From contig NW_027266265.1 of assembly GCF_022045235.1 (NCBI RefSeq), positions 26,970,001-27,034,000 of the forward strand: 64,000 nt of DNA, given 5' to 3'. The translations under genes were made by a program, and so were the position numbers. This DNA comes from Haliotis cracherodii (taxonomy: Eukaryota). A model generated the notes under the pieces. It ran no database searches. It had not been told where the DNA came from and was given only the letters and a program-made list of their open reading frames with translations. Each line of letters opens with the position of its first letter. The first letter of the stretch is position 1. Of the stretch, positions 61,413 through 64,000 are shown in pieces.

Positions 61413-64000
61413 CAGACAGAAACTGCTAATAATTTAACATGTGTGTCTGCATATAACGAAAACACAGTTTGTTTAATTCTTTATAAGACAATAAGAGCTT
61501 ATGGTGGCCCATGTATTTTTGGCGATTTTCCATGCATGTTGTTTGCAAATGACCAATACAGTATATAAATGAATGAATGTTATAAGTAGACAGTAAGTGA
61601 GTGATCCATGTAAGGCTCATCTATGTAAGGCTCATCATTACCCGGGCCTAGAATATATCCCTGCAATACAAGCCAAGCGATGCTCGCCTGTAATACATAC
61701 GGCAAACATGGGTACGGTAAACAACTGCACTGTGCACATGGTCTGCAGATAACAAATGCTTGCATAGAGTACCATGATGCATTCAAATGCAATGAATACC
61801 ACCACCACACGCGGCACACAGGAGTATCCATATACAGATAACAATCGTGTCATGGTAACCTTGTGCAAGAACGAAGACTTACATTTATGGATATTCAGAC
61901 TATAAATGTTGTAAAATATAATAGCATAGGTAAAATAATGCAACCTCTACCACCATGCATGTGCACGTCTCACATAGACATTGGTATACATGCAGGTACA
62001 CATGCAGTCGTTTCGTAATCTAGCATGAAGAGCGACGTGAAGAGCGTGTACTGCTGCCGGAGAGGACGTCTTGATATAATAAAACAACATTACACACTGC
62101 CCATAGTGTATTATGTGTCACATGCAGTAAGCTGTAAAGAAAGCTCGTGAAGTGTTCCCTGTTTGATTCTGCATCCAGACAGAGGAGCGACAGTATGATA
62201 TATACACGGGTTAAGAGCATTACTCAAGATTACGTCATAATGTAATCATTCTTGGGATGGCAAGCAGGCTCGTGTACGTACGTGGTGTGCGTTCAGTTGC
62301 GCATCACTGGGCATCCTCTGTTATCTCATTTCTGGAGCGATGGAATTTATATATTGCCTTTTCAAATATAACCGACTGTGGTATATACAGGCGTCACACT
62401 TAACTTGTGTATAGTACTCAAGATATACATTTACAAGCAATTATCAGGATGGCCATATATATATATTCATTATATTTAATTTTATAGTTTTTGCAAACTG
62501 TAAGACATTTCTGGTGGTGGAAGAACGAATATAAATATTACACATACATATATGTCTGCTGAAACAATAAGCTGAAAATATTTTTTTTTCAAAAAGGCCC
62601 AAAACTTAATTTGCTATTCTTGTGTTTGTTAACAAACGTGTGTGCATGTACCGTAGATGCGCTATGATACATCTTTATTCAGTGAAGACGTGACTTTTTG
62701 CATTATGTGCGCCTGAAGGGAGCGGCATACTGTCATGAGTGATTACGACACAGGTTATCTGTCCCCGTGGTATGGCCGCCATTATCATTCACATTCTTTG
62801 GTTGATAAACACTAACCCGGATGATGCCACTCAAAGTACCACAGTATTATCCAGACAGTTATAAATAGCACATCAATAAAACCACATTGCGACATCATTC
62901 AAATGACCCGTTGAAACTACGCCCTTCGTGCTAGTTCGGGGGAAAAAGTTTCCAGTTGTTAATACATTGGCGACGCCATTCGTTTACAAAGATGGTTCTA
63001 CTTCAAACTACGTGTCAAAGACTGGGGTAAATATTCAGTAGTGGCAATCAACTCAGTAATGTGGTCTTTCTACATGTTGGGGACCGTTTCTTGAAGCATC
63101 GGGGTCAGAGTCTAATTCCCAGGCCATTGACGGTACGTTTGCGCCAATGGGGACTCGCCGTTTGTCTCCTAGGATGTGATAGAGATGAATAGTCCCTGTT
63201 CAAACAGGCTGGCTACCTGAATGCCTGCTTTGGCCCCGATAACTTACAGCGTTACCGCTGTGGGAGGAATCTCGTTTACTTAGCATGCCCCCCGTGGGCG
63301 AGCCATCTTAATTTGGCCTGCTTATCTCGCTGGAACTGTATGGGGTTGACAAACACTACCTGTCTGGGTACAGCGCAAGAGGCGCAGGTAATTTGATAAC
63401 GCTGCTTACCTGCCTGCCTGCCAGCTCTCTCACCTAGGCTGGCCCGCCGCAGACGACATGAGCAGACGACAGATCTCCTTTTCCTCGATATTTATAACCT
63501 AATAAAGGAAATAGGGAAACTAGCACATACTATTTCTAACTAGACTACTCTATTATAAGTTTAAGTTAATGGTTGCTCACTTGAAACAATTTTTCCATTT
63601 TAAGAAATATAAGTGCCAATGCCAGAAGCCAAAGAAAAGTTTGTGTCAGCTCCCATTATAAAACTCGAGTACACAATGGCTCATAAAGATAATATTCCAT
63701 GTGACGACGGCAGCTTTTTATAGATAACATGTGTACACATAGTATAATAACTCGTAAATGAAAGTTTTATTGTGTGAAGCCCTGCTTTGGTATAATAATT
63801 CATGTACTTGAAATGGTACCCATACCATTTATAACCGCAGGAAACAGTATGTTTATTCCCAGCATCACTGTAGACCGAAAAGTGGATAATATTTCCACCT
63901 TTCACCATTGTGTATCTTATGTGAAGGTGCTCTTGGTCTATTTTTAGTAACACAGACCGATATTACCTGGGTGCTGGGTGCTAGCAGACGACCGTGGTAT

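Overview
Eukaryotic (animal) genomic DNA with spliceosomal GT-AG introns. It is probably molluscan (gastropod/abalone-like), which is an inference from its SINE families. The left 46 kb is a compact housekeeping cluster: the 5' part of an acidic, probable ZC3H18 gene (-) head-to-head with a complete 16-exon CTNNBL1 (+); a 4-exon Rieske iron-sulfur protein gene UQCRFS1 (-); a 5-exon gene encoding an unusual 290-aa chromodomain + RS-repeat + two-transmembrane protein (+); an intronless HYPK (-); and an intron-containing elongator tRNA-Met(CAT). The right 18 kb has no recognisable coding exons. The window is rich in minisatellites, tRNA-derived SINEs, an I/Nimbus-type LINE remnant, Tc1/pogo elements and Helentron-like elements. 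All the very long repetitive ORFs in the ORF track come from tandem repeats. Most interesting: (1) the LBR-like chromodomain-RS-TM protein, a candidate nuclear-envelope heterochromatin tether; (2) tandem arrays in CTNNBL1 that duplicate a real splice donor (12 in-frame copies) and a real acceptor (4 copies), within a wider pattern of unrelated minisatellites starting just downstream of donors; (3) an intron-containing animal tRNA-Met; (4) a 32-bp P-element-like excision footprint. All calls were made by eye; no database searches were run.
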